Notes: a model not told the origin generated them from the sequence alone. A stretch of 64,000 bases of DNA from Alphaproteobacteria bacterium (GCA_031555055.1 JAVBUT010000006.1:3886-67885); one strand, 5' to 3'; positions 26,001 through 34,036 are shown, counted from the first letter of the stretch. Program-made: numbers and translations.

Positions 26001-26194
26001 CGACTTCCCCGGCCAATTATTATAACCTGAATTCCCAGGATACGCCGCAGACGGCATGCATATTGAATCTTTCGTCCAAGATATGGGCGACCAAGGGTGG
26101 CAACCCGAACACCAGCAATCCCGCTTGCATTAAAACCGGGGTCGCTCCTGATTTCTACCCAACGGCATTTAATAAAAAGTTCATCGGATATTAA
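23051..26194 (+). CDS. giant cysteine-rich secreted protein, family member P1 (1047 aa)
   Basis: Signal peptide MRKLKALLFVCLVPLALHA. Arg/Ala/Thr-rich low-complexity spacer. CREVYYQCMDEFCANKDTQLKRCACS signature. Long region with paired Cys. Cys-rich C-terminal third. Confidence 0.85.
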   Translation: MRKLKALLFVCLVPLALHAAVADDALDAARAAKRGVTNTIATSATTGRGQSGNSDILTSPTATRVPAGSPQKTDTPQARVIAPRDNAVTAEQSRSATTQAVAPRTPGNVQQRAATTTQKVIDQSRTAVARTTAGAPATTARTATTAPNASRAAATNAGRSATAPVGRARNATSSHVARSALDAEAIAKVGQKDFKKCREVYYQCMDEFCANKDTQLKRCACSAKVHNFDGIKQQMSQVEDKMLDFNERLLTVSMEKEDATAISIATTGELAFQTDDKSTSKKILDEITKKLKSETAETDMSRNLSAISLSLDTDSAFDTIDSMLGAGTTVKEGTALYAAALPVCREMAAEVCDADALAIAQSGYQMAIEQDCNTVSKTYETMRNTALEKVREGSALLEMSRLDIHQKRNSDDILTCKKKMLDMMSDVSVCGTDLGKCLDTTGKYIDPSTGEAFLTVNLADLDKLITRPASDQKWISVPGNEKFVTFMNSKKKYLEPAMENCQDISDQVWTMFLEDALAQIKIAQSRKLEDMRQSCTSLTTQCLSDTAKSISEFDARALSIFGVSADKTVNEMCTSVKSACTALLQTTSTEADWVGGMSEIQTDKTYDTIVQTCREVGKACIIQTCKSVSGNFGLCESIDKSVNRKSIINRTSCWNEVVQCVQSAGATSIASVMKRHAKAADASGGGNFYVENYGKLPVRVQDPLPVQCNPKTVTNSDGTTTPGQNCVYDICADCGQPYKPTCEVCRLAESIWGNCEFKPTEQLSAGGYNRIKKTVKDRETLLSWFDTNTGTTTNTDSCRDTSCPAGSFLNAPGGYCVPSDQMSSDLLECVQEKQFDVSTTLTPSFTNCCTSGIYDVYGNCCIGGNVTIPGMFQNNATSYYITPSTITPPASSLDVCTQSSGTDAKLTAGFRLMSDQTYIRAGMNFLVCVGGTLRGTNPTTAFPSGQTVECDGGKFMMINNNDGTYATPHYATKVDGTPDPTQYPTSPANYYNLNSQDTPQTACILNLSSKIWATKGGNPNTSNPACIKTGVAPDFYPTAFNKKFIGY

Positions 26195-26221
26195 TTTTAC
26201 GAAACAGCCGCCGATATAATT

Positions 26222-26240
26222 GGGCGAATATGATTCGCCC
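26222..26240. repeat. REP hairpin GGGCGAATATGATTCGCCC between the P1 and pth 3' ends
   Basis: Same variant as 3584-3606 and 40670-40692. Confidence 0.8.
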
Positions 26241-26258
26241 CCTATGCTTTATCGCATT

Positions 26259-26783
26259 TCAGCATGCCAGTTTTATATTATCTATTACTGTGGAAATTTT
26301 TCCCAGCTCTTCTTTGGAAAATTTACCCAGGACCCAATCGGACGGGTCCATTTGGGACCCTATGTCACGCGGATGCCCGATGCCAATTCGCAGACGGAAA
26401 TATTCGTTCCCGACATTCGCATCGATCGATTTGATCCCGTTGTGACCGCCGGAACCGCCACCGACTTTTTCGCGCGCATCGCCCGGCTTGATATCCATAT
26501 CGTCATGGATCACGATTAAGTTTTCCAACGGGATTTTATAAAACGTCATCAGTTCACGCACAGGAATACCGCTGTTGTTCATAAAAGTTTGAGGTTTAGC
26601 AACGATGATTTTCCGGCCATCGCCAGTGACATTTGCCACCAGCGCATTTTTTTCTTTTTTCCAAACAACATTCGGACCGGCCAAAAAATCCACCGCCATA
26701 AATCCGGCATTGTGCCGTGTCATCACGTACTTGTCGCCCGGATTGCCCAGGCCGACGATCAATACAGGTTTATTTTCTTGCAT
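26259..26783 (-). CDS. pth: peptidyl-tRNA hydrolase
   Basis: LIVGLGNPGDKYVMTRHNAGF and GGHNGIKS motifs. Confidence 0.95.
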   Translation of the reverse strand: MQENKPVLIVGLGNPGDKYVMTRHNAGFMAVDFLAGPNVVWKKEKNALVANVTGDGRKIIVAKPQTFMNNSGIPVRELMTFYKIPLENLIVIHDDMDIKPGDAREKVGGGSGGHNGIKSIDANVGNEYFRLRIGIGHPRDIGSQMDPSDWVLGKFSKEELGKISTVIDNIKLAC

Positions 26784-26832
26784 GACGCACCTTTAATTTC
26801 TACTATAATAATACCACACAAAGGAGAAAAAT

Positions 26833-27384
26833 ATGAAATTAAAAACAGCGGGTCTTTTGACCATCATCAGCGTACTGGGCGTCAGCGGCGCTGCACATGC
26901 CGAAGATACGATTGCTTTTTACGTCGGCGGCAACCTGGGGTTGGGCGGCGCGACGCTTTTCGCCGAACACGACACCGAAAGCGCCGGCGCAATCAGCTAT
27001 GGCGCGATGTTCGGTGTGGATATCCCGCTGGTCCGTATCGAAGCGGAATACAATTATTTGGACAATGATAATTTTAACACCAATCTGGCCATGGCGAACG
27101 TTTATCTAAAGTTGCCTTCGGTGGTTGTTCACCCGTACATCGGCGCGGGCGCCGGCGTTTCGTTTGACGGCAAAATGCACGTGACACACCACACGCACTT
27201 GAACGCGGAAACCGCACCGGCGTTCCAAGGCATGATGGGAATAACGTTCGATATCCCGGTCGCACCGTTAAAGGTTGATGTCGAAGGACGTCTGCTGTAC
27301 ATACCGGATGCTTTTGAAATCTTTAACTCCAGCTCTGATTTGTTGCAATACGAAGCACGCGTAAAGCTGAGATTAATGTTTTAA
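26833..27384 (+). CDS. small outer-membrane beta-barrel protein (OmpA-like 8-strand / OMP_b-brl type)
   Basis: Signal peptide ending AHA. YVGGNLG and YIGAGAGV strands. C-terminal ARVKLRLMF. Confidence 0.75.
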   Translation: MKLKTAGLLTIISVLGVSGAAHAEDTIAFYVGGNLGLGGATLFAEHDTESAGAISYGAMFGVDIPLVRIEAEYNYLDNDNFNTNLAMANVYLKLPSVVVHPYIGAGAGVSFDGKMHVTHHTHLNAETAPAFQGMMGITFDIPVAPLKVDVEGRLLYIPDAFEIFNSSSDLLQYEARVKLRLMF

Positions 27385-27386
27385 AA

Positions 27387-30176
27387 ATGATCACACTGAT
27401 TGACGGAAACTCTTTATTGTTTCGGGCCTATTACGGCATGCGCACCCGTCTGACACGCGCGGACGGGGCGCCGACCGGCGCGGCTTTTGCGTTTATGACG
27501 ATGCTGTTGCCGACGCTGGCCGCGGCCCGGCCCGACGATATTTTCGTATGCGTGTTCGACAGTTCGCGCATTACTTTCCGCCAGGATATTTATCCAGAGT
27601 ACAAGGCCCACCGCCCTCCTCTGCCAGATGACCTGATTGCCCAAATCGAACTGACCCGGGATGCGGCGCGTGCGACCGGCATGCCGGTCTTGTGCGTCCC
27701 AGGGGTCGAGGCAGACGACGTCATCGCAACATTGGCCCGACAATACTGTGCCACCACGGACAGTGTTCGCATTATCACCAGTGACAAAGACCTGATGCAA
27801 TTGGTATCGGACTGTATATATCTGTACGACGGGATGAAGGAAGTCGAAGTACGCGCCCCCGGCGTGTTCGAAAAATTTGGCGTCCGCCCTGACCAGGTTA
27901 TAGATGTCCAGTCGCTGATGGGCGATGCGTCCGACAATGTTCCCGGCGTGCCGGGTATCGGCCCGAAAAAAGCGGCCGAGCTGATCAACCAATTCGGATC
28001 GCTGGACGCGCTGTATAAAAACCTGGACGGCGTTCAATCCGACCGCGTGCGCCAGTTGTTGATCGACAATATGGAACAGGCATACGTTTCCCAAAAATTG
28101 GTCACGTTGAAAGACGATGTCGATCTGGACGGCTTGAAACTTTGCCCGTTTGTATTTGATAAAAAATCCGCACTGGAATTCGTAAGACACCAGATAGAGA
28201 GCAATGCCCTGGCCGCGCGAATCGAAAAATTGTTTCCCAACGACCAGGCCACACCCGCGCCAACCCAGGCCCCAGAATGCTTTATCCCGCCGGAATTTTT
28301 GCCGGCTGATGACGAAGTTGCCAGACCAACGCCAATCACGACCGCGCCGATTAATTTCACATTTGAAACAATCACAACGATCGGACAGTTGGAACAATTC
28401 CTGGGCACGGTAAAAAATATCCTGGCATTGGATACAGAAACAACCGGACTGGACCAGATGGCGGACCGCATTGTCGGAATATCACTGGCCGCGGATTCTT
28501 TGCACGGCATTTACATTCCGATTCGGCACAAGAAACATTCCGACGATCTGTTTGATACGGAATCATCTGTACCGGAACAACTATCATTGGATACCGTCCG
28601 CGAAAAATTGTGGCCGTATCTGACCAATCCAGATATTGTAAAAGTCGGACACAATCTGAAATATGATCTGCACATTCTGGCGAACGAAGGCTGGGACGTC
28701 TATGCGATTGCGCCGTTTGACGACACAATGCTGCAATCATACGTTCTGCATGGAACGCTGCACTCGCACAGCTTGGACGAATTGGCAAGAACATATCTGG
28801 GCCATGAAAACATCACGTTCGCGTCGCTGTTCCCGCCAAAGACAAAAAGCGCAGACATGCGGTTCGACTATCTGGATATTGCGGCCGCCGCGCCATATGC
28901 GGCCGAAGACGCAACCGTGTGCTTTGCATTGTATGAACTGTTCACGCCCCAGCTGGATTTGAACGAGAAATTAAAAAAGCTGTACGAAAACTGTGACCGG
29001 CCGCTGATGCCGATATTGTTGCGCATGGAACGGACGGGCGTCTTGGTTGACCGCGCGCGCCTGGGCCAGCTGTCAATGACGTTCCACGCGACCCTATCTC
29101 GACTGGAATCCGAAATTTGGAATCTGGCCGGGCACGAGTTTAATATCGCCAGCCCGAAACAATTAGCCACGATTTTATTCGAAGAATTAAAATTGCCGGC
29201 GAATAAAAAGATGTCTACCGACGCGGATGCGCTGGCGGAACTGTCGGAACACCACCCGATTATCGAAAAAGTATTGGAATGGCGGTCAATCGCAAAGCTG
29301 GCTGGGACTTACGCGGACGCATTGCCGCGACAAATCGCATCCGACGGACGTATTCACACCACTTATCTACAGACCAGCACCAATACAGGCCGTCTGTCTT
29401 CGCGCGATCCGAACCTGCAGAACATACCGATCAAGACTGAATTGGGGACGGAAATACGCAAGTGTTTTATCGCGCCCGCCGGCCGCGTTCTGATTTCGGC
29501 CGACTATTCCCAGATTCAATTGCGATTGCTGGCGGATGTTGCGAATGTTAAGACTTTCAAGGAAACATTCCTGTCGAACAAGGACATCCATGAACAAACC
29601 GCACGCCAGATATTCAATATTCCGGATTCGACCATCGTGCCAAAGGATTCACGCCGCGCGGCAAAAACCGTGAACTTTTCAATCATATATGGAATATCTT
29701 CGTTCGGCCTGGCCGCGCAACTGAACGTCCCACGGTCCGAAGCCCAAGGGATAATCAACGCATACATGTCCGGATTGCCGGAAATAAAAATATATATGGA
29801 TCACATCAAAGACTTTGCGATGTCGCATTCGTGCGTATATACCCCATGGGGCCGCCGCATTGAATTGCCGGATGTGAATAATCCGCGATTGCGATCTTAT
29901 GCAATGCGCGCCGCGGTCAACGCCCCGATCCAAGGATTCGAAGCCGACCTGATGCGATTCGCCATGGTAAAGATCAACGAGAATCTGGGGATCAGCGATC
30001 AGGAATCAGATGGTCTGAAAATGATCATGCAGGTACACGATGAAATCGTATTTGAATGTCCGGCCGAAACAGCGGAACATTGGGCGAAAAAAATAAAATT
30101 CGAAATGGAAAATGTCGCAAAATTATCTGTGCCGCTGCTGGCGGAATACAATATTGATACGTCTTGGGATAAATAG
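27387..30176 (+). CDS. polA: DNA polymerase I
   Basis: 5'-3' exonuclease N-terminus (LIDGNSLLFRAYY, GVPGIGPKKA), 3'-5' exonuclease (LDTETTGLD), polymerase motifs (DYSQIQLRLLA, RRAAKTVNFSIIYG, QVHDE). Confidence 0.97.
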   Translation: MITLIDGNSLLFRAYYGMRTRLTRADGAPTGAAFAFMTMLLPTLAAARPDDIFVCVFDSSRITFRQDIYPEYKAHRPPLPDDLIAQIELTRDAARATGMPVLCVPGVEADDVIATLARQYCATTDSVRIITSDKDLMQLVSDCIYLYDGMKEVEVRAPGVFEKFGVRPDQVIDVQSLMGDASDNVPGVPGIGPKKAAELINQFGSLDALYKNLDGVQSDRVRQLLIDNMEQAYVSQKLVTLKDDVDLDGLKLCPFVFDKKSALEFVRHQIESNALAARIEKLFPNDQATPAPTQAPECFIPPEFLPADDEVARPTPITTAPINFTFETITTIGQLEQFLGTVKNILALDTETTGLDQMADRIVGISLAADSLHGIYIPIRHKKHSDDLFDTESSVPEQLSLDTVREKLWPYLTNPDIVKVGHNLKYDLHILANEGWDVYAIAPFDDTMLQSYVLHGTLHSHSLDELARTYLGHENITFASLFPPKTKSADMRFDYLDIAAAAPYAAEDATVCFALYELFTPQLDLNEKLKKLYENCDRPLMPILLRMERTGVLVDRARLGQLSMTFHATLSRLESEIWNLAGHEFNIASPKQLATILFEELKLPANKKMSTDADALAELSEHHPIIEKVLEWRSIAKLAGTYADALPRQIASDGRIHTTYLQTSTNTGRLSSRDPNLQNIPIKTELGTEIRKCFIAPAGRVLISADYSQIQLRLLADVANVKTFKETFLSNKDIHEQTARQIFNIPDSTIVPKDSRRAAKTVNFSIIYGISSFGLAAQLNVPRSEAQGIINAYMSGLPEIKIYMDHIKDFAMSHSCVYTPWGRRIELPDVNNPRLRSYAMRAAVNAPIQGFEADLMRFAMVKINENLGISDQESDGLKMIMQVHDEIVFECPAETAEHWAKKIKFEMENVAKLSVPLLAEYNIDTSWDK

Positions 30177-30238
30177 AGTATTCCGGCGATGGGTAATTCG
30201 ACCTTGTCCCACCTTTTCAATATGTTTAATTTTATCCC

Positions 30239-30267
30239 TAGAAATTTTGAAAAATATGATATACAAT
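30239..30267 (+). promoter_or_regulatory. putative promoter of leader RNA copy B (TAGAAA-N17-TACAAT)
   Basis: Same conserved block as copy A (TAGAAATTTTGAAAAATATGATATACAAT). Confidence 0.45.
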
Positions 30268-30273
30268 GCGTGT

Positions 30274-30429
30274 GCACCGGATGATTACCGGTGTGAGGTG
30301 TTAGAACCTCTACAGGCAAACCCAACCAATGGTTGGGAGGCTGGTGGAATAAGGCTTTGCCGAATACACCGCACTATGCTTGTATAGTTCTAAACTCCCA
30401 ACCGCCCCTCATCATGGCGGTGTTTTTTT
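30274..30429 (+). ncRNA. conserved structured leader or sRNA with intrinsic terminator, copy B (ends approximate)
   Basis: Hairpins CACCGG-AUGAUUA-CCGGUG and GAGG-N8-CCUC. GGUUGGGAG is complementary to the downstream CUCCCAACC, which overlaps the 5' arm of the terminator ACCGCCCCUCAUCAUGGCGGU plus U7. AAAGGAGAG RBS and ATG follow at 30448. Confidence 0.55.
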
Positions 30430-30447
30430 AACAAAGGAGAGAAAAAA

Positions 30448-30660
30448 ATGCAAACCACAACAAATGGCAACAAACGTATCGGCGAATGCCTAAAAGACGC
30501 ACGCCGAACACTGGGCGTATCACGAATCGATCTGGCACGGCGCCTGCACTGCAGTAAAAAGGACATACTGAAATATGAAAACGGGGTGACGCGCATCCCG
30601 CTGGATTTTATAACCGACTTTTTTTGCGCCGGCATACGATCAGAGATAAAACCTAAATAA
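30448..30660 (+). CDS. mini XRE-family HTH protein (70 aa), copy B
   Basis: IGECLKDARRTLGVSRIDLARRLHCSKKDILKYENGVTRIP is an HTH_3 pattern. Confidence 0.75.
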   Translation: MQTTTNGNKRIGECLKDARRTLGVSRIDLARRLHCSKKDILKYENGVTRIPLDFITDFFCAGIRSEIKPK

Positions 30661-30688
30661 AAAATCCCGCAATCGCGGGATTTTTTTT
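30661..30688. terminator. bidirectional terminator AAAATCCCGCAATCGCGGGATTTTTTTT
   Basis: Between the convergent XRE copy B and dsbA-like genes. Closely related to the 33002/34061 hairpins. Confidence 0.65.
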
Positions 30689-30705
30689 AATCGAAACCAA
30701 AGCAA

Positions 30706-31524
30706 TTATTTCAGTGCCTTGATAATCTGATCGTACGGTATCGCACCTGGGAAAGCCTGGTCGCCGATGATCAGGAACGGTGTGCCGCCAATTTGAAAGC
30801 GTTCCGCCAAATCACGAACCTGGGCCAATTCACGCGCGACAACTTCGCCGTTCATGTCTTTTTCCAGACGTGTTGTGTCCAAGCCGGCTTCTTTTGCGAT
30901 TTTCATAACGTTCGCAGTCAGCTTTGCCGGGGCTTTGGCCTGGTCTTTCATATCGTCCTGGGTGTAATATTCGCCAGCCATCAAAGCGTGATCCAATGCG
31001 ACCGCTTTGTCATTGCCCTGCAATTTCGCAGCGATAACCGCACGTGCCGGAACATCGGACAATACGCCGTGTATGCTGAAGTTCTTCAGAACAACGCGAA
31101 CGTCGTCACGATCAGCCAATACGCGTTCCAATTCGCCATGTACGCGACGGCAGTATCCGCAAGAATAAGCGCTGAACAAGAATATTGTCTTTTCTGCGTT
31201 TTCTTTGCCCAGAACCGGCGCATCGGCAATCATTTTATCCATGTTTGCACGAACGTATTTGCGAACTTCCTTGCTGGCTTCGTTTTGTTTTTGTTCCTGC
31301 ATTCCTGTTGCCATTTCCTGCAGAATACCAGGGTTAACAGATGTCAGATAGTATGGCGTAACCAAACGGCATACGGAACCTGCAATCAAGATAACCGCCA
31401 GAACTTTGATTGAATTTTTTGCAAAGTGTGTCCCAGCTGATGGTTTGCCGCTTTGCTTGAACAGCAATCCGCCGCACAAGTATAACGCAACAGCCAATAC
31501 CAGAACCAGTATTGTCCAAGTCAT
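30706..31524 (-). CDS. DsbA-family thiol:disulfide oxidoreductase with N-terminal membrane anchor
   Basis: FSAYSCGYCRRVH (CxxC in a thioredoxin fold), N-terminal TM helix, C-terminal GTPFLIIGDQAFPGA. Confidence 0.8.
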   Translation of the reverse strand: MTWTILVLVLAVALYLCGGLLFKQSGKPSAGTHFAKNSIKVLAVILIAGSVCRLVTPYYLTSVNPGILQEMATGMQEQKQNEASKEVRKYVRANMDKMIADAPVLGKENAEKTIFLFSAYSCGYCRRVHGELERVLADRDDVRVVLKNFSIHGVLSDVPARAVIAAKLQGNDKAVALDHALMAGEYYTQDDMKDQAKAPAKLTANVMKIAKEAGLDTTRLEKDMNGEVVARELAQVRDLAERFQIGGTPFLIIGDQAFPGAIPYDQIIKALK

Positions 31525-31592
31525 AGTTTTCTCCTTTTGTGTTGAACGGACCTGATCGTATCAAATTTAGAAAAAAGCGCAAGTAAAAAATA

Positions 31593-31738
31593 GGAATCAG
31601 TTATTAGGAATCAGGAATCAGGAATTAGTAGGGGCGCATATTTGCGCCCTCTTTATTTTTGACTGGATTGCCACGTCGCTGACGCTCCTCGCAAAGACGG
31701 ATTTGTGCTTAATCGCTGATTCCTATCGACTGATTCCT
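31593..31738. repeat. composite element: GGAATCA heptamers, GTAG-REP, TGACTGGATTGC...GACGGATTTGT unit, inverted CTGATTCC
   Basis: Read directly. The REP plus TTTATTTTTGACTGGATTGC unit recurs at 43267-43345. Confidence 0.75.
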
Positions 31739-32980
31739 TTACAACATCTGGCGCGCCACCGGCAGAGTGATTCCGTGCTGTTCGCACGCACGTTCCAAAA
31801 ACTTTTTCAGCACATCCAGCGTCAGCGGTAATTTATGCAGCCTGTTTAAATACGGCGCGGCGCATTCGTCGCAAACGGCGCGTCCGGTCTTTGGCGACAG
31901 ATAATTCAAGCTATCTTTCTTGCCGCACCCGGAACAGCGCGACATATCCAAAGCATATCCCAAATCCGCCAGAAAATTTATTTCCCACGAAAGATACAGA
32001 TTTTTTTTATCATCCTGACTCTGTCGCGTCTCCCCCTGCTTGCGGGGGGAGTGGTCGCAAAGCGACCGAGGGGGGTGATTATCAATAACTTCTTTGGGAT
32101 AAAAATTCTGCAATGGTGGGATTTCATTTTCATGCGTTAAATAATAGTAAATATTATCCAGAACATTTTGCAAGTCCCTGATCACAGCGTCATTCCAAAA
32201 ACGAATTGTGCGATATCCGGAATCCTGCAAGAATTTATCGCGCACAGCATCGTGATAAATTTGTTGTTGTTCTCCATGATGTTCACCATCTAATTCAACG
32301 ATTAATTTTGTTTTTCTGTTTACAAAATCCGCAATATAGTTTCCGATCGGCATCTGTTTTACAAAATCAAACCCGCCGTTTGATCCGCTTAAATTTTTCC
32401 ACAGAATCGCTTCGTGTTTTGTTAGGTTTTTCCGTAATGATTTTGCAAAGACTTGTGCCTGGGGCGCACAACGGTTCACCCCCCTCGCCCACTCTGTGGG
32501 CGCTCCCCCCGCAAGCGGGGTGAGACGTGCTTTTGGTCCAAGCATATCAAACACTCCGTCGCATCTCCCCCCGCTTGCGGGGGGAGTGGTCGCAAAGCGA
32601 CCGAGGGGGGTGACAGCCAAACTGTGCAGTAAATTTTTCGTGCGTATAAACAGTGTCTCGTACTTTTCGCGTTCCGGCAATAATGCCGCGATCAGTGCGA
32701 ACATCGAATTCATTATCCCCAGCGTCCGCGGGTCAGACATCAGCGGCGCAGCCATGTTTTTTTCCGCTTCCCAGTGAAACGCCCCCAGTTGCGAATCCAG
32801 TCGCGCGTTCCATGACACGCCACCCACCTGGCCCACCAGCGGTTTGTTTTTCCGGGCAACTTGGGCACCCGTCAGCATGCCGGTCATGACGCCATAATCA
32901 TGTGTAAAAATCACGCCGATCGAATCGCGTTCGCCGAACGGCCGCAAAGCAATCAAAATTCCCGTCGATTCCAGTTTCAT
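31739..32980 (-). CDS. recO: DNA repair protein RecO carrying a 199-codon in-frame insertion
   Basis: N-terminal OB fold MKLESTGILIALRPFGERD. C-terminal Zn finger MSRCSGCG...YLSPKTGRAVCDEC. The two halves are separated by 32018-32614 (see the mobile_element feature). Confidence 0.8.
   Translation of the reverse strand: MKLESTGILIALRPFGERDSIGVIFTHDYGVMTGMLTGAQVARKNKPLVGQVGGVSWNARLDSQLGAFHWEAEKNMAAPLMSDPRTLGIMNSMFALIAALLPEREKYETLFIRTKNLLHSLAVTPLGRFATTPPASGGRCDGVFDMLGPKARLTPLAGGAPTEWARGVNRCAPQAQVFAKSLRKNLTKHEAILWKNLSGSNGGFDFVKQMPIGNYIADFVNRKTKLIVELDGEHHGEQQQIYHDAVRDKFLQDSGYRTIRFWNDAVIRDLQNVLDNIYYYLTHENEIPPLQNFYPKEVIDNHPPRSLCDHSPRKQGETRQSQDDKKNLYLSWEINFLADLGYALDMSRCSGCGKKDSLNYLSPKTGRAVCDECAAPYLNRLHKLPLTLDVLKKFLERACEQHGITLPVARQML
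32018..32614 (-). mobile_element. DUF559 (Vsr-like endonuclease fold) module flanked by GC-rich palindromic elements, translated in frame inside recO
   Basis: Core LRKNLTKHEAILWKNL...GNYIADFVNRKTKLIVELDGEHHGEQQQIYHDAVRDKFLQDSGYRTIRFWNDAV is the DUF559 pattern. It is bounded by copies of TCxCCCCGCTTGCGGGGGGAG-hairpin-GAGGGGGGTGA at 32019-32082, 32476-32527 (inverted) and 32556-32614. Length 597 bp, or 199 codons. Confidence 0.65.
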
Positions 32981-33001
32981 AGGATAAAGTATACAGCAAA
33001 T

Positions 33002-33030
33002 AAAAAAATCCCGCAACGCGGGATTTTTTT
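33002..33030. terminator. AAAAAAATCCCGCAACGCGGGATTTTTTT hairpin, copy 1 (3' of the orphan gene, upstream of recO)
   Basis: The 29-bp core is identical to 34061-34090. Confidence 0.7.
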
Positions 33031-33973
33031 ATTTAATTTTACCACTGTGTATTATTTTTGCAAATGCGCATTTTTTATGAACATTGGCGATATTCATATC
33101 CTGTAATAATTTACAATTTATACAATCGCCTAAAAATTGCTTATTGTCATTTTCACTTAACGATTTACCAAATGATATTTGTTCAGATTTTAGGCCTCTT
33201 TTACCACCATGTTCTAAGTTCCATCGCACAACTGCAGGTTCGATATATTCCGGATCAGAAACCGACATTCTGCAGAAAAATTCTTTCAATGTAAAATTTT
33301 TTATTTTCACCGCACCATTTTTTTCTGAAACCATTCCTGATTTACGCAAAGACTCAGCCAAACGATCTGCAGAACTTTCAGCCTTATAGCAATAGCATGT
33401 TAATAATGCATATATTGCGGCCGCACGATCCATTGATACACGTTCTGTAATTTTTGTTGGTGACAATTTGCCCCAGCTAAAAATCTTTGCATTAAAGTCG
33501 CGTTTCGCATCGTTTTCAGTTTTACCAACACCACGAAAATCTATATCATTATTACCATTAGCTTCGCATACAAAGATTTTGTTTTGTGATAGGCTGCCGT
33601 CCTTAAATTCAAACTCATAAGCCTGATACAGCATTTTTTTATTTTTTGCCTGCGCATCATAAGTCTCTTGCGGCGCCAGATAGGCCCGTTTATAACTATT
33701 TGACGAAGATTTTATAACTATATACTTGTATTGAATATTATTAATAACAACTGCTTCTAAATTACCTGCGCGATTTTCTGCACTCCACCAGCCAGACATA
33801 ATAACACGAGAGCCAGCTGGTATAACTATTTTTCTTAATTTATCGCCACAATGACAATCATTATCAAAAAAATACTTAACATTATCCGGGATAACTAAAA
33901 CCCCATCACTTGTCAAATCATCATCCCATACGCGTAAACTAGTGCTGCCGCCACCATCTTTATCTATGTGCAT
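33029..33973 (-). CDS. hypothetical 314-aa protein, AT-rich orphan cassette gene
   Basis: Intact ORF with TTGACT-N16-TACAAT promoter and AAGGAT RBS. The N-terminus (VLVIPDNVKYF...LRKIVIPAGSRVI) is faintly like BspA-type LRR units. No signal peptide. Confidence 0.6.
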   Translation of the reverse strand: MHIDKDGGGSTSLRVWDDDLTSDGVLVIPDNVKYFFDNDCHCGDKLRKIVIPAGSRVIMSGWWSAENRAGNLEAVVINNIQYKYIVIKSSSNSYKRAYLAPQETYDAQAKNKKMLYQAYEFEFKDGSLSQNKIFVCEANGNNDIDFRGVGKTENDAKRDFNAKIFSWGKLSPTKITERVSMDRAAAIYALLTCYCYKAESSADRLAESLRKSGMVSEKNGAVKIKNFTLKEFFCRMSVSDPEYIEPAVVRWNLEHGGKRGLKSEQISFGKSLSENDNKQFLGDCINCKLLQDMNIANVHKKCAFAKIIHSGKIK

Positions 33974-34008
33974 TTTCTAAATCCTTATTTATGGAACTAA
34001 TTTAGTCG

Positions 34009-34036
34009 AATTGTATTATGTTTTTGACAAAAGTCA
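34009..34036 (-). promoter_or_regulatory. promoter of 33029-33973 (TTGACT-N16-TACAAT)
   Basis: Read on the minus strand. The -35 box lies inside the palindrome TTGACAAAAGTCAA. Confidence 0.5.

Noticed and set aside
27414-28397. 327-aa minus-strand ORF.
   Set aside because: Antisense to polA.
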